Below, in pieces: positions 51,299-64,000 of a stretch of DNA of 64,000 nucleotides. A program made the translations under genes and the position numbers. This DNA comes from Rhizaria sp. SCN 62-66 (lineage: Eukaryota), in NCBI GenBank assembly GCA_001724265.1, contig MEDY01000033.1, forward strand, positions 1 through 64,000, in the 5' to 3' direction. The notes under the pieces were generated by a model. That model saw nothing but the letters and a program-made list of their open reading frames with translations, made no database searches and was not told the DNA's origin. Numbering within the stretch: the first letter of the stretch is position 1; each line of letters opens with the position of its first letter.

Positions 51299-53454
51299 AT
51301 GCTCTCCCAGCGCCGTCCGTTCGCGTCCACGCAGCCTATGCCTGCCGCGGCCGTTGCCACCGACGATGACGCCTTATGGGGCGGCCCGCGCCGCCCGCAC
51401 GACTTTGTTGTCCTCTCCCCCGAGGCCGTGCGCCGCGCCATTGGCCTGGTCCAACTGAACAAGCTCCAGCGCTACTTCCAGATCGACTCCGCCAACGATG
51501 ACGGCATCAGCCTCAGCTGCGACGAGTTTGTTGCCGCCCTGGGCTCCGTTCTTATGTCCGCCGCTGCGCGCACGTCGACCAAGTGCCTGCGTATGGTGTT
51601 CATGCAGATCGACGCCGACGCCAACGGGTCCGTCGACTGGGCCGAGATCACCTCGTTCATGGTCGTCGACCACCGGGGCCTGGCACCGGAGCCCAGCGTG
51701 TACCTCAAGCGGCCCGTCGGCCCCACGCCCCCCGTGCCGCACAGTACGAGCAAGGCGTTTCCCGCCGCTTCGGAGTCGTCCCGCTCGTCCGCCTCGTCTG
51801 GCAGCAATGCCAGTAGCAACAAGAGCGGCAGTGGGAGTACTTCTGCCCGCTCGCGCTCGCGCTCATCGACTGCTTCTGCCGTCTACAGCGGCGATTCACA
51901 CGACGGCACCTTTGACGCAGACGCGGACGCTGACGCTGACGGCGACCATAACGACGACGACAGCAACAACAACGGCGACGGGGACGGCGACGGTGGCGGC
52001 GGCGGCGGCGGCGGCGGTGAAAGCTCTGAACGCTCAGGCTCGAGCTTAGCCGGCCGCTCCTGGTGGCGCAACCGCGGCTCCAGCTCCAGCTCCAGCTCTG
52101 GCTCCGGCTCTGGGACGCCCCCCACCGGCTCCGGCTCCGGCGGCGTCGGCATTGGCAGCGCGGTTGGCCCCCGGTCGCGCCCGCGCCGACTGCGCCACGC
52201 CCCCTCCGCGACCGCGCGCGTCAAGATGGTGACCCCGCCGGTCAACGCCACAATCAACACTCTGTCATCGCAGCACCACGTCGGCATGATTGACGCGCTG
52301 CTGACGCTGCCATCGGGACACCTGATCACGGGTGGCCGCGACGGCACCGTCCGAGTCTGGCGCCCGCCCGTGACCCCCGAGGCCGCGGCCGCGCCGCCGA
52401 CCCACATCCTCCACGTCGCGTCCGAGTCGCTGCGGTCCTCCATGCCGCTGTCGCTGCTCTCGGGCGGGCCCGCGGGCGCGCTGTCCGCCGCCCTGACCGG
52501 CGACGGCGGCTCAGGCACCGCCGCTCTCGGCGCCGGCGCCGGCGCGGGCGGCGCGGGCGCCGGGGCCGCGGCAGCGGGGCGGCGGCGGCCTGACTCGCTC
52601 GCCCTCCGCGACCCGTCCACCACGTTTCCCTCGCTGTCCACCTCTCTTTCTAGCAGCAGCAGCGGCGGCAGCGCGAACGCGTTCGGCGGCGTAGGGCGCA
52701 AGGGGTTCTACTCGCGCAGCGGCGTGGGCGCGCCGCAGAGCTACCTCGGCGGCGTTGGCCCCCGCAGTGGTGGCGTCAAGGCCGAGGCGCCCGCGCCCGG
52801 GTACCTTCCGGGCGGGCTCTCCGCCAGCGCGCTCAGCGCCGGGCTAGGCCGCAGTCTCGGCGGCAACGGCAGCGGGACTGGTACCGGCGCCGACGCCACG
52901 CCGCCGCGCGTGACGCACGTGCCCGTCGCGGGTGGCGCAGGGCACATTCTGATTACTGCGATGGCAACGCTGCCGCTGAGCAACAATCTTGTTGTGTGCT
53001 CGAGCGACTGCGTGGTCACGTTCGTCGACATCGCCACGATGAAGATCACTTCGCGCATCCGCGACTTCGGCTCCGTGCACGTGTTCACCGAGCCCATCAC
53101 CGCCGCGCTTGGCCTCGCGCTCTACGGACAGGACCTGCTGCTGCTCGGCGACGACTGCGGCCGCATCCACCTGCTCCGGTTCCACGACAAGAACTGGTTT
53201 ATCCACGACGCCACGCTCACCATCCAGGCCCGCGAGGCGGCCGCCGCGGCGCCGGCGACGTTCGAGGCCGCCGTGGCTGCGGCGTCGGCGGCCACGGGCG
53301 CCGGCGGGCTTGACGATCTCTCTGGCAACAACGGCTCCGGCGGCGGGAACAACGACGACGACGGCGGCCGGTACGATCCGTACTACAGCAACAGCGGCGG
53401 CGGCAGCGGCGGCTCGGCTATCGCGCGCTCCGGCGGCAGCGGCGGCAGCGCTGC

Positions 53455-53485
<31 letters not shown>

Positions 53486-56400
53486 GGCGGTGGCAGCATT
53501 GGCGCGGGCCCTCAGGTCACCGCTATCCCCGGCTCGATCGACTCCGCGGATGCGCCGCACGCGCCGCTGCCGCCGTCTGTGGCCGCGGTGCTGGCCGCGA
53601 GCGCCGCGATGCCGCCCGGGCCGCCGCAATGGCACGGCGTCAGCCGCTACCGCGTGCGGCTGCACTTCCCGCGCGTGCGCACGGACATGACCGCGGTCTC
53701 CACGGCCACGGCGACGGCCACTGCCAGCACGGGCGGCCCCGGCGCCGCGGCGGGCTCTGGCACGGGCGCGGGCGCGGGCGCTGGCAAGGTTGCGTCGGTC
53801 GCCACCGTGACCGACGGCTCGTTCAAGTACTTGGAGACGCAGTCCACCACCATCACGGCCACGAACAACAGCCTCAACACGAGTCTCAACGGCAGCACCG
53901 GCGCGACGAGCCGCTTCGCGCCGTTCAACTCGCGGCAGGACGAGGCGCTGTTCCGCGCCATCAGCGACCACCCGTGCGCTATCACCGACATCAAGTATTC
54001 GCCGCAGCTCGACGTCTTCGTGTCGGCTAGCGCGGACGGCACTGTGAAGCAGTTCGACATCACGCGCATTCCGTCCGTGCGTGCGGGCCCAGGCGCGTGC
54101 GTCGGCGGGGCCGGGTTCGGCGCCGTCGGCACCGCCACCTCCGCGGCGTCGGCCTCGGCCGCTGCCGCCGCTGCCGCTGCCGCCGCCGCGGTCGCCGCCG
54201 CCGCTGCCGAGACCGCTGCCGTTGCGGGGACGCTTGTCGCCAGCGCCAACGCCGCCGCCGCCGCCGCTGCTGCGAACACCGCGGCCGCCGTGGCCGCCGC
54301 GGCCGCCGCTGCCGGTGGCGGCGCCGGCGCGGGCGGGGACGACGACGGCTCCGACCCGTCGCGGCCCGTGCTGCGCGAGCCCTGCTGCGTGCGGCGCGTG
54401 TTCCTGGGTCACACGCGCGCGGTGCACACCGTGGCGCTGTCGCCGAGCATGAAAATCGCGGTCAGCGCCGGCCTGGACCGGTCCGTGTGCGTGTGGGACC
54501 TGTACAACCTGCAGGTCATCACCACGCTCACGGGCTTTCAGGCCCCGCTGGAGCTCGTGGCCGTCGACGAGCTCGCCCGCATCATCATCGCCGTCGCCGC
54601 AGACAAGGCTGTGCGCGTGTACGACATCGCGATCGGCTACGTGTGCGTGCACTCGAAGCCCGCGGCGGTCAAGTGCTTCCCGCAGGACTGCTTCTCGGCC
54701 GCCGCGTACGACAGCTATAACCGGCGCCTCGTGGCCGCGCACTCGCGCATCTGCGCCATGGAGATCGTGGTGCTTGCGACGCGGCCGCCCAAGTCGCACC
54801 GCAGTCCCGTGATCGCGGTGTGCTATAACAAACAGTTCAACCAGCTCATCACGGCCGACGAGGCCTCCGGTGTGTCGATCTGGGACATCGAGACCGGCAA
54901 GGTACTCTCACGCTTCGAGGCCAGTGTGCCGCTCGCAGCGATGTGCCTTGACTCGAACGAGCGCAGGCTGCTAATGGGCGGGCAGGACGGTTCGCTGCAG
55001 ATGTACAACTTCAGTAACGGGCAGAAGCTGACCGAGTTTACGACGGAGATCCTTGTCCATGAGGAGGAGGACTACCACGCGTCTCTCGCCTCCAGCAATA
55101 ACAACAGTAGCATGAACAACAACAGCTCAAATTCTAGTTCGACTTCTAATGCGGGTGTGCCGGCTCCCAGTAGTGGTGCGGCGGAGACTGTTAGCAGCAG
55201 CGGTGCATCGGCGACGCGGTCCAATGCGCTGATGATGCTGCAACAGCAGCAGGCCCTGCAAGACACTCTTGCTGCCAGTTCAAGTGCTAATTCGAACTCT
55301 AGCACTGCGAACTCCTCCCGCAACCCCGCTACTTTGACTGCAACCAACGCTGTAGCTCCTAGCTCAGGCTCGAACGCACACGCGGCTGCCGGCGCGACGG
55401 GGAACAACAGCAACAGTCGACGCCGCCGCCCGACGACCTCGCGCGACATCAGCGCCGTGGTGTACATCGAGTCGCCCGCACACTCGAGCACGCGCTACAA
55501 GCTGGCCATCACAACTGGCTGGGACCGGCGCGTGCACGCTTGGGCCGACCTCGGCGCCGGCGACGCGCGCCAGAGCCACGTCAAGTCTTTCCCACCGCTT
55601 GCGCGCCGCGACGTCGTGGGGCACCGAGACGACATCATCTGCCTCACGGCGACGGCCACGCCCGGCATCATCGCCACGGGCGGCGCGGACGGGCTCACGC
55701 TGCTGTGGCGCACTGACGGCGGTCATCCGCTCGCGCGCCTGCGGCCGTGGCCGCGGTTTGAGTTGCTGGTGCCGCCGCCGCTGCGGCCCGTCACGGCACT
55801 CCAGGTCGTGCCGGAGCTGGGTGTGCTCATCTCAGCCTCGGCGGACGGCTTCCTGCGCTTTTGGACGCTCAAGCGCGGCCGCCTGTTGATGGAGAAGTTC
55901 ACCCACCACGCGCACGCGCACGCCGTCACGCACTTGGGCGGCAACGGCGCGCCGACGCTGCGCACGTTTGACGGCGTGCTGTACCACGAGCCCGTGCCCG
56001 TAACCGCGATGAAGGTCTCCGTCGGCGTCGGGCTGCCGCTCGTTGCCGCGGCCCTGAAGCAGGTCGACTCGACGATCGCGGGCGCGCTCGCGGTGGCGGA
56101 CTCGAGCAGCGGCAGTCGCCGCCGGCGCCGGCAGCACGAGCGCCAGCGCCGCCAGCTGCAGGGGCTGAGCACTGACGCCACGAACGAGAGCGAGAGCAGG
56201 GAGTTCGGCGCCGGCTTCGTCACCGACAGCGATAACGATGAGGAGCACAGTGACAGCGGCGAGCAGCGCAGTGGGCACAAGCGTAGCATCACCGCGACTG
56301 AGCACAGTCTCACTGCGGACGCTTCCCCGCGCGACAGCAGCAACAGTACCACCGCTGCGCATAGCGGTAACAACGGCGATGGCGGTCTCCGTCCTCCACT

Positions 56401-59400
56401 CAAGTTCCTGCCGTTTGAGACTCTGTATCCCGACTTCGTCAACTCGTACCACGCGCACTCGCAGCTGCACTGTAACGCGGCGCAGCGCGACAGCACCAAG
56501 GCCACCGTGCTTCCCACAACCGGCTCGCTAGCTACTAGCGCTGCATCCAATGCTGCGCCTGCTACGAACGCGACCGCCAGTGTGTCTGCGCTGCCCCCGT
56601 ACAACTCGTACCTCGTGACTGGCGACGGCAGCGGTTTCATCAAGGTGTGGGACATCACGTCTTTTAACCCCGCATTCTGCTCACAGTACAGCACCGAAGT
56701 CGCGCACAAGCTCGCAACCAACGCTGCTGCCACCGCTGCTGCGGCCACTGACGCCAACGCCGCAGCTGCAACCGCCGCTGTCGCTGCTGCTGCGGCTCCA
56801 CAAGACCCTCAAGCCGCCGCCGCTGCCACCGTTGCCGCTGCCGCTGCGTCCGCCGCCGCTGCGGCCGCCGCGAGCGCCGCCGCTGCAGAGGTCACGTCCT
56901 GCCTGCCCAGCGCCCGTATGTTCCCGCAGGCGTACGCGACGTCGCGTGCGCTGTCACCGACCGCGCCCGCCGCGTTCACACGCTCTCATGGCGGCAACGG
57001 CAGCGACGCCAGTGCGAGGATGCGACCCGGAGACGAGGCGTACGCCGGCATTGGTCCGCCGCCGCGCGTGCTGACGTCCTCGATCCTGCCCAACGTCAAC
57101 GGCAACAAGGGCTTTGCTTCTGGCCACGGCAGCGGGAGCGGTGCAGGTGTATCCACGACCGGTTTGCTTGGGGCGCCGTGTCCGTTCGAAGACCCTGCTT
57201 CGCTTTCATTCCCACCCGTACGCTCGCTGTGCCGCCAAATCGCGCATTTCCGCGCGCACAGCCACCGCATCACCTCGGTGGACATTGTGCCGCACCGCGG
57301 GCTCATTGTCACCGGCTGCGTCGACGGCACCGTCCGCCTGTGGACGCTGCAGGGCCGCGCCATCGGGCTCTTCTGCGCGGACTCGGCCACCACGGTCGCG
57401 GCTGCGACGCAGGCGGCCGCGGACGTGGCGCGCGCGCAGCAGCAGCAGATGCAGCAACAGCAGCAGCAACAGCAGCAGCAGCTCGGCCCTGCAGGCAATG
57501 CTAACGGTGTCTCCAAGGGCTCCGGCTCGTCTTCCGCCGCGGGTGGCGCCGCTGCGGCCGGCAACGCCGCGAGCGCGGGCAACAGCGACACGATCGACCT
57601 CTCGGGCCAGTCGTCCTCGCTCGGCGGCGCGCGCAACGGGCTGCGGTACATCCGCACAGCGCTCCCGGCGACCGTCTTCGCGCCCTCGTCGACCGCGCCG
57701 CTGCCGCCCTCGGCCTCCGCGGCGGCCGCGTCCCCCGCCGGCCCCGCCGGCGCCGCGGGGGCCGCACTCGCGCAGCAGCTTTCCCCGTGGAGCCTGCTGC
57801 TGGGTCCCGGCTTCTCGTTCCTCGCGGGCGCGCTGGCGGGCGCGACTGTGAGCATTTCGGCGCTCAACACGGCGTCCAGCGCGGCCAACAGCAACGCCAA
57901 CGCGGCCGCTGCCGCCGCTGCAGCAGCAAACAACAAGGCCGCTGGTAGAGGCGGTGCTGGCGCGAAGACGCTCACTGCCGCCGCCGCCGCAGCCAACTCG
58001 AGCTCCAAGGCTGACTCCGCGACCGTTGCCGCGACGACCGCCGCTGTGCGCGCTGCCGTGGCGCGCTGGGGCGGCAAGTGCACCAGCTTCGGCGCTGCCG
58101 CGCTGACCGACGCGCTCGCCGCTGATGCCGCTGCCTCAGCAGCTGCGACCGCTGTCTCCACGGCGGCCGCGACCAGCGCCGGCGCCGCAGCTGCTTTTGC
58201 CTCCGCGACCACCAACACTGCCGTCGCGGCCGCCGCCTCTGCTGCGGCCGCGACGGTCCCCCTCGGCCTCGGCTCCGGCCTGTCGCTTAAGAGCGTGTCC
58301 GACATCGCATACCCGCTGCCCGCGACACTGCTCGACCTCACTGCGCGCATGCTCGCGCCTCTGGCGGCCGCGATCAATAACGCCAACAGCCGCGGCGGCA
58401 GCGCCGCGGGCTTCGCGGGCAACGACGGCGGCGAAGGCGGCGTGAACGGCAACGCGGGCGGCGCGGGCGCGGCCGGAAACGTTGAGACCCGCGCCGTCGA
58501 CGCCGCGCTGGGCTCCACCGGGCTGCTGCTGACGACCGGCATGCTCGCGGGCACGTCTATCGCCGGCGGGCTCCGCGCCGCGGCGTTGGCGCTCACGGCC
58601 GCGCGTAGCCAGGTCGCGTCCACGGTCGCCGCCGCCAGCAACGGCGCTGCGAGCGACGGCCGTCTGTCGCCGAGTCTCAGCCAGCTGCCCACCGGCCGCA
58701 ACAGTCTTAACGTCGGCAGCTCTGGCGGCAGTCTGGCGCTGCTGTCTCGCCCCGGCACGAACGCCACCAGCACCGGCTCTGCCGTCTCGCTCGCCTCGGC
58801 CGCCGCGGCGACCGCGACCGCAACGACGGCAGCCTTCGCCGCGATCGCGGGCGCCAACGCGGGCGTGCCGTGGTCCGCCCTGCTGCGCACGCTCACGCCG
58901 CTGCTCGGCATGCTCACCGTGCCCATCTCGCCCACCGCGGCCCCGCTCTCGCCCGCAGCCTTTACGCAGCGCCGCGCTCTGCTGGCGCCGCTCAGCGTTG
59001 CGTCCAAGCCCCTGCCGCTGACCGCGGCGCCCGCGCTGGCCGCGTTCGCGGCGGCGCGGCTCGGCGTGTCGACCGACGCGGGCATCATCGGCGCCAACAG
59101 CATCGCGATGATCGACCTCCTGCACGCTCAGCCGCTCGCCGCGCTGCCGCCGCCGGTCCCCGTTGCGTGCCCCGCGCACAGCGGTAACGCTTCTGCGCAT
59201 GGACTCAATAATGCCGCCGGTGGCACGGCAATCATCGGCGCGCACGCCAACTCTGCAGCTCCCGCGGGCACTGTCACAACGACTAATAGCAACGGCGTCG
59301 TTGTTGTTCAACCTGCCACATCCGCGTCCGCCTCTGCCGCTGCCGCTGCCGCTGCCTCGGCCACTGCCTCAGCGGTTCAGTCCGCGGCTGCCGCGCCGCT

Positions 59401-62400
59401 TGCCGCGGCCGCCGTGGCCACGGTTGACTTCGCCGCGTCTCTGCTTCCGTCGCTGCTTGCGCGCCCGTCCCCGGTGGCGCTGCTGGGCGGCGCAGTCCCA
59501 CTGACGACGCTGCAGGCCCACCGCCACGCTGCGCTGTGGCTGGCGCAGCAGGGCCCCGCGTGCATGCACGCGCTCGCGCACCTGTCGGCGCGTCTCGTCC
59601 GCGCGCGCAGCTACCACGTGATCGTGCACGCGCTGCGCCACGCCGACTCGCTCACCGCCGCGCTCGCGACGCTCACCGCCAGCGCCAACGCGTGCGGGCT
59701 CATCAGTCACCAGAACACGCAGCGCGGGTCGCTGGCCAGCCGCGGCGGGCTCGGCGGCCACACGCGTGTCGCGTCGCTCATGCAGTCGCCCTTCAACGGT
59801 GTCGGCGGCGCCTTCGGTGCCTTCGGTGGCGCCGCGAATGGCGGTGGTGCCACCGCGCGCGGCCGCGCCAGTGGCAGCGCTGCTAGCGCCAACGGCTTCG
59901 GCCTGCTGTCGGAGAACCTGCAGCAGTCCGAGGGCGGCTACTCGATCTCGATGTTCGAGCAGCAAGCGCTCGACGCACTTGGCCTCACCGCACTACTACG
60001 TGAGAATGCGAACAGCGGCGCCGGCGGCATTGCCGGCGACAGCGGCGATGGCATCCCCGGCAGCAGCGGCAGCGGCCTCAGCGGGGGCAGCGGCGGCGGC
60101 AGCGGGGGCGCTGTCGGCGTCGGCGGCCTGTTCAGCGCGGGCGCTAGAGGCACTGTCGCGGGGCTCGGCCTGCCGTGGCTCGCACCCATGTCGCCCACCG
60201 CCGCCACCGCCGCTGTCGCGACTGCCAATATCCCTGCTGCGGCGCTCAACGCGCCCGCGTCACCGGTTTCTGTGGCATCGGGCGTTGCGTTCAAGCCCGT
60301 GGTTGCTTCAAAGAACAATAATAACAGCTCCACAAGCAGCAAGGTTAACAACAGCAGTGATTATGCGGGCGCAAATATCGGCGGTATCGACGCTTTCCGC
60401 ATGTTCCTGACGCTGTTCTCCGCCATGAACAACGCGAACTCCGCGAGCGGTGGCAACAGCAGCGGCGGCAACGGCAGCGCTAGCGCCGGTTCGACGAACA
60501 TCGTGCCGTACACCAGCAACGGCAACAACGCCGGTCTCGCCACTGCCTCCGCCGGCCTGTCGTCCTCCTTGCCCGTCACCATGACCGCGGCGGGCGCGAC
60601 GACGGCGGCCTCTGCGATGCTACTTGCGCTCGCGCTCGCGCTCCGGTCCGCGCAGTCCGGTGCCGACGGCGTCTTCTACAACGCCCCCGTGGTCTCGCTC
60701 GCGCTGGCGACGGGCTTCCACGAGTCTCCTGACCTTGGCCGCCACAGCAACGCGCTCGCCGCCACGGCCTCTGCCGCCGCAACTGCCGCTGCCACGGCGA
60801 GCGACCGTGGCTTGGGCGCTGAGACAACGCTCGACGCCGCCGCGGCCGCCGCAAACGCTGCTGCAACCGCCGCCGCGACCGTCGCAGCTGCCTCTGCGGC
60901 TGCGAACAGCAGTGTTGGCGGTGCCGCGTCGTTCGCCCTCGGCGGCGGGTCTGGCGCGGGTGCCGCTGGCGGCGTCAACAGCTCTGTGGCTGCAGGCAGC
61001 GCCAACGCGGGCGGCGACTGGAACCTCAACGACCCGCAGACGTGGGCCGAGCCCGTGACTGTGCCGACCGGCTACGGCAGCGTGCTGCTGCCTCACTACC
61101 CCGCGCTGCCCCGGCGCAAGAAGCGCAGCGGTGGGCGCGGTGCGCGTGGCCGCAAGGACGACGTGGGCACCAGCGCGAACGGCAATGCCGCAGCAGCTCG
61201 CTCCGGTACCGCGGACTCGAGCTCTGCCAGCGGTTCTGCCGTTGTTGTGAGCGCTGATGCCGGCAAGACTGCCGGTGCAGCGCCCACAGTCACTGCTACG
61301 AGCAGCGCCACAACTGCTGCTGGTCTCAGCTCGGCGAGCGCCGGGGGCGCCAACGCTAGCGCTGCCGGTGCTGCCGGTGCTGCCGCTGGTGCCGCTGGTG
61401 GCGCTGCGAACAACCCGTACACGAAGGCCCGCGTGCGCGTGCGTTGCCCCGCGCTGCCATCGCGCCGCCGCGTCGGCCGTCTGGTGCCGATGACCCTCGC
61501 CTCGGCGCGCGCGACGCCGCACGTGACTATGACAGCGTCAGCGACGCTTCCGCTGTTCTCGCCGTCCACGCCCGCGAGTTCAGGCGTGAACGCCGGCGGT
61601 GCCGGCAATGCCGGTGCTGCCGGCAACAACAACGCGAGTGATGACGCTAACGCGATTTCACCTGGCACGCAAACGCGCTCGCTTCCCAACTCGATCAGCA
61701 ACAGTAGCAGCAACAGCAACGCGAACGGTTTGTCCGCATCGAGCAGTGCCGTCGTCGTGGGCGGCAGCGCTGTGCCCTCGCGGCTGCTGCTGCCATCGCC
61801 GTGGTGGTATGCCGGCAAGCCTCTTGTCACGTGCTTCACGTACACACTCACGCCGTACAACTACTACGCCCGCGCCAACGGCTACAGTGGCGGCAACGCA
61901 TCTAGCTTTGCCGGCAGTGCGAACTCCCGGTCTGCAGGGCTCGCTCTGATGTCGCGCCCGCTGCCTCCCATCCCGACTGCGACTGCCGCGCTCAGCGCCC
62001 TCACGCTAACTGTCGTTAACGGGAGCGCAACCAATGACGATGTGAGACTCAACCCGGCGACGGTTGCGCGTGTGCGCCGTGCGAGCCAGGCCGCTGTGCT
62101 CACGGATGCACTCTCGCAGACGCTGTCCCGGAGGCAGAGCACCGTCACCGTTGACGGTAGCAACAGCAACAGTGTGAGTGACGCTGCGGCTACGAGTGCT
62201 GCCACGGTCGCGACGCCGGCTGCCTTCGCCGCTGTCAAGCGGAGTGTTGGCCCTACGAACAACACTCTCAGCAATGGCAGTGGACACAGCTTCAGCTCGA
62301 GCGTGCTTCCCGCGGCCGCCGTCGCCGCCATGACTGCATACGGCGTCACCGTCCCCGTCCCACTTTTCTCCTCGTCCTCCACCTCGACCGTACAGCAGGC

Positions 62401-64000
62401 CCGCGCCCAGTCGCAGGCGCAGCAGCAGGACTGCGCCAGCGCCAGCAGCAACGACCCCGTCGCGCTGTTGACTGCGATCCTGCACGCCGGCGACGGCGAC
62501 GGCACGCTGCCCGGCGACGGCGGCGCCGCCACGGGCATTTACACTGGCCGGCGCTCGATCCACGTCGACGAGCTGCTGCTGCAGCGGCTGCACTTCCGCG
62601 CCGCGCGTGCCACGGCGCGGCTGCAGCTCACGCATGAGCACGCGCAGCGTGAGCAGCAGCAGCAACAGCAGTACCGCACGCTTGCGGCAGCGGGCGGCGG
62701 CGCGGGCGTGCCGCGCGGCGCCGCGGCTGCTGCGGCCGCGGCTGCCGCGGCGTCAGCCACGAGCGGGCGGCGCGGCAGTGCGGCGGGCGCGACCAAGCGC
62801 GCTGCCGCGCTGCAAAAGGGTGCGAACTCTGCTGCGGGCGCTGCAAGTGCTGGTGGTGGTAAGTGGGGTTCTGGCTCTGGCGCTGGTGCGGATGCTGACG
62901 GGGACGACAATGAGGAGGACGATGAGGAGGACGACGCCGACGGCGATGAGGACGGTGAGGACAATGCTGATGGTGACGACATCTGCAGCTACGGTGCCGA
63001 CGACGATGAGAATGACGAGGACGGCGGTGAGGACTCTGACAGCGATGAACTGTTTGACTGCGACAACGATGCGTTCTTGTCGTTCCTCTCTCAACCCCCC
63101 TTTGCGAACAATACCCCCAGCGTCAACACTACTGCTAAGAACGTCAACTTTAACGTCGGCGACAACTCTTGCTCGACTGTGCCTGAGCCCACGATGCCCA
63201 ACACCGTTGTGTTTTCCGTCGCCGGCTCCGGCACGGGTTCGCTGCCCCCCGCCGCTACCGCCGCGAGCGCCGCCGCCACCGGCACCATGCCGGCCGCGGG
63301 CGGGTTTGCCCGGCCGCACCACCTGTCTTTCGTGCGCTCCGTGCCGCTGCTGGAGGACGAGGAGGCCCGCGCGCTCGTGACGGAACAGTTCCTTGTCGGC
63401 ATCCAGCTCTTCGAGGCGCGCATGCTTGCCCTCTCCGACAGCGGTGTTAGCGCGAGCGGCAGCAAGGCGCTGGTGCTGGCCAATGCTTCTGCCGCTGCTG
63501 GCGGGAGCTCGGTTGCAGCGACTGTGAGCAGCGCAATTGCTGCTTACACTCCCTCTGCCACCAACAGCACAAATGGGAGCGCAAACGCAGGTAACAGTGG
63601 CGCCAACTCTGCCTCAGCTGCGACTGCGCTCAACAACGCACCAGCGACTGTGAATGTGACAGCTCTGCATGCGATGCTGCGCTCTCTTGTCCGCGACCTG
63701 GTTCAAACCGACCAAGGTGCCTACTTGGCTAAGCAGCTCATTGCCGCCTTTGCCGCAGCTCTTGCGCGCACAATGCTCGTGGCTCAGGCTACGGCAGTCT
63801 CGAACACCATCACGGCGCTTCAGCAGCAGCAACAGCAGCAGCAGTCGCAGCAGCAGCAAGCCTTGGTGAGCTTCGGCAGCATTTACTCTGCTGCTGCCTT
63901 TGCAGTCTCGACTCTCACCGCTCCTTCGTCTGCCATCAATCCTCTGTTGCTCCCCACTGCAAACACGGCCAATACCAGCAGCGCCGCCATGCACAGCAAC
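51299..64000 (+). CDS. EF-hand + WD40-repeat protein of the WDR49/WDR64/EFCAB8 group, >4234 aa, 3'-truncated by the window
   Basis: ATG at 51299. No ORF in this frame is listed, implying no stop before 64000. EF-hand FMQIDADANGSVDWAEITSFM. WD repeats LITGGRDGTVRVW, HPCAITDIKYSPQLDVFVSASADG, GHTRAVHTVALS..VSAGLDRSVCVWD, SHRSPVIAVCYNKQFNQLIT..IWDIETG and AHSHRITSVDI..VTGCVDGTVRLWT, separated by long Ala/Gly/Ser/Asn tracts. Confidence 0.85.

Noticed and set aside
1023-63994. Hundreds of overlapping antisense or alternative-frame ORFs, some long (56986..59103 -, 705 aa; 52844..54799 -, 651 aa; 42080..43435 +, 451 aa)
   Set aside because: These are shadows of GC-rich, Ala-rich coding sequence. 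They have no domain motifs and all overlap better-supported genes.
1-64000. tRNA (including a CUA suppressor), rRNA, CRISPR array or transposon
   Set aside because: I saw no cloverleaf/T-loop, spacer array, terminal repeats or transposase/RT motifs. A covariance-model search would be needed to exclude small RNAs.

Overview
Gene-dense (about 87% coding) nuclear DNA from a flagellated microbial eukaryote, with GC-rich exons, short AT-rich intergenic regions and few GT-AG introns (donor consensus GTAYG). Ten protein genes can be modelled: calmodulin-like (5' part), SMPD4-like, CEP162-like, CFAP99-like, a PEHE + CW-zinc-finger chromatin protein, a mitochondrial Glu/Leu/Phe/Val dehydrogenase-family protein, a formin, a PX-C2-SH3 protein, GNA1, and an EF-hand/WD40 (WDR49-like) protein that runs off the end. 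Several are hugely inflated by Ala/Ser/Gly low-complexity insertions. Main discovery: two unrelated genes (dehydrogenase, TAG at 35386-35388; formin, TAG at 43049-43051) each carry one in-frame TAG that no plausible splice removes, while all 8 complete genes end in TAA or TGA. This points to a variant nuclear genetic code in which UAG alone is a sense codon (Gln favoured, Leu possible). An exact 12-mer, TTTTTCGGAACC, also recurs in three divergent promoter regions. All family assignments come from motif recognition by eye, not database searches.
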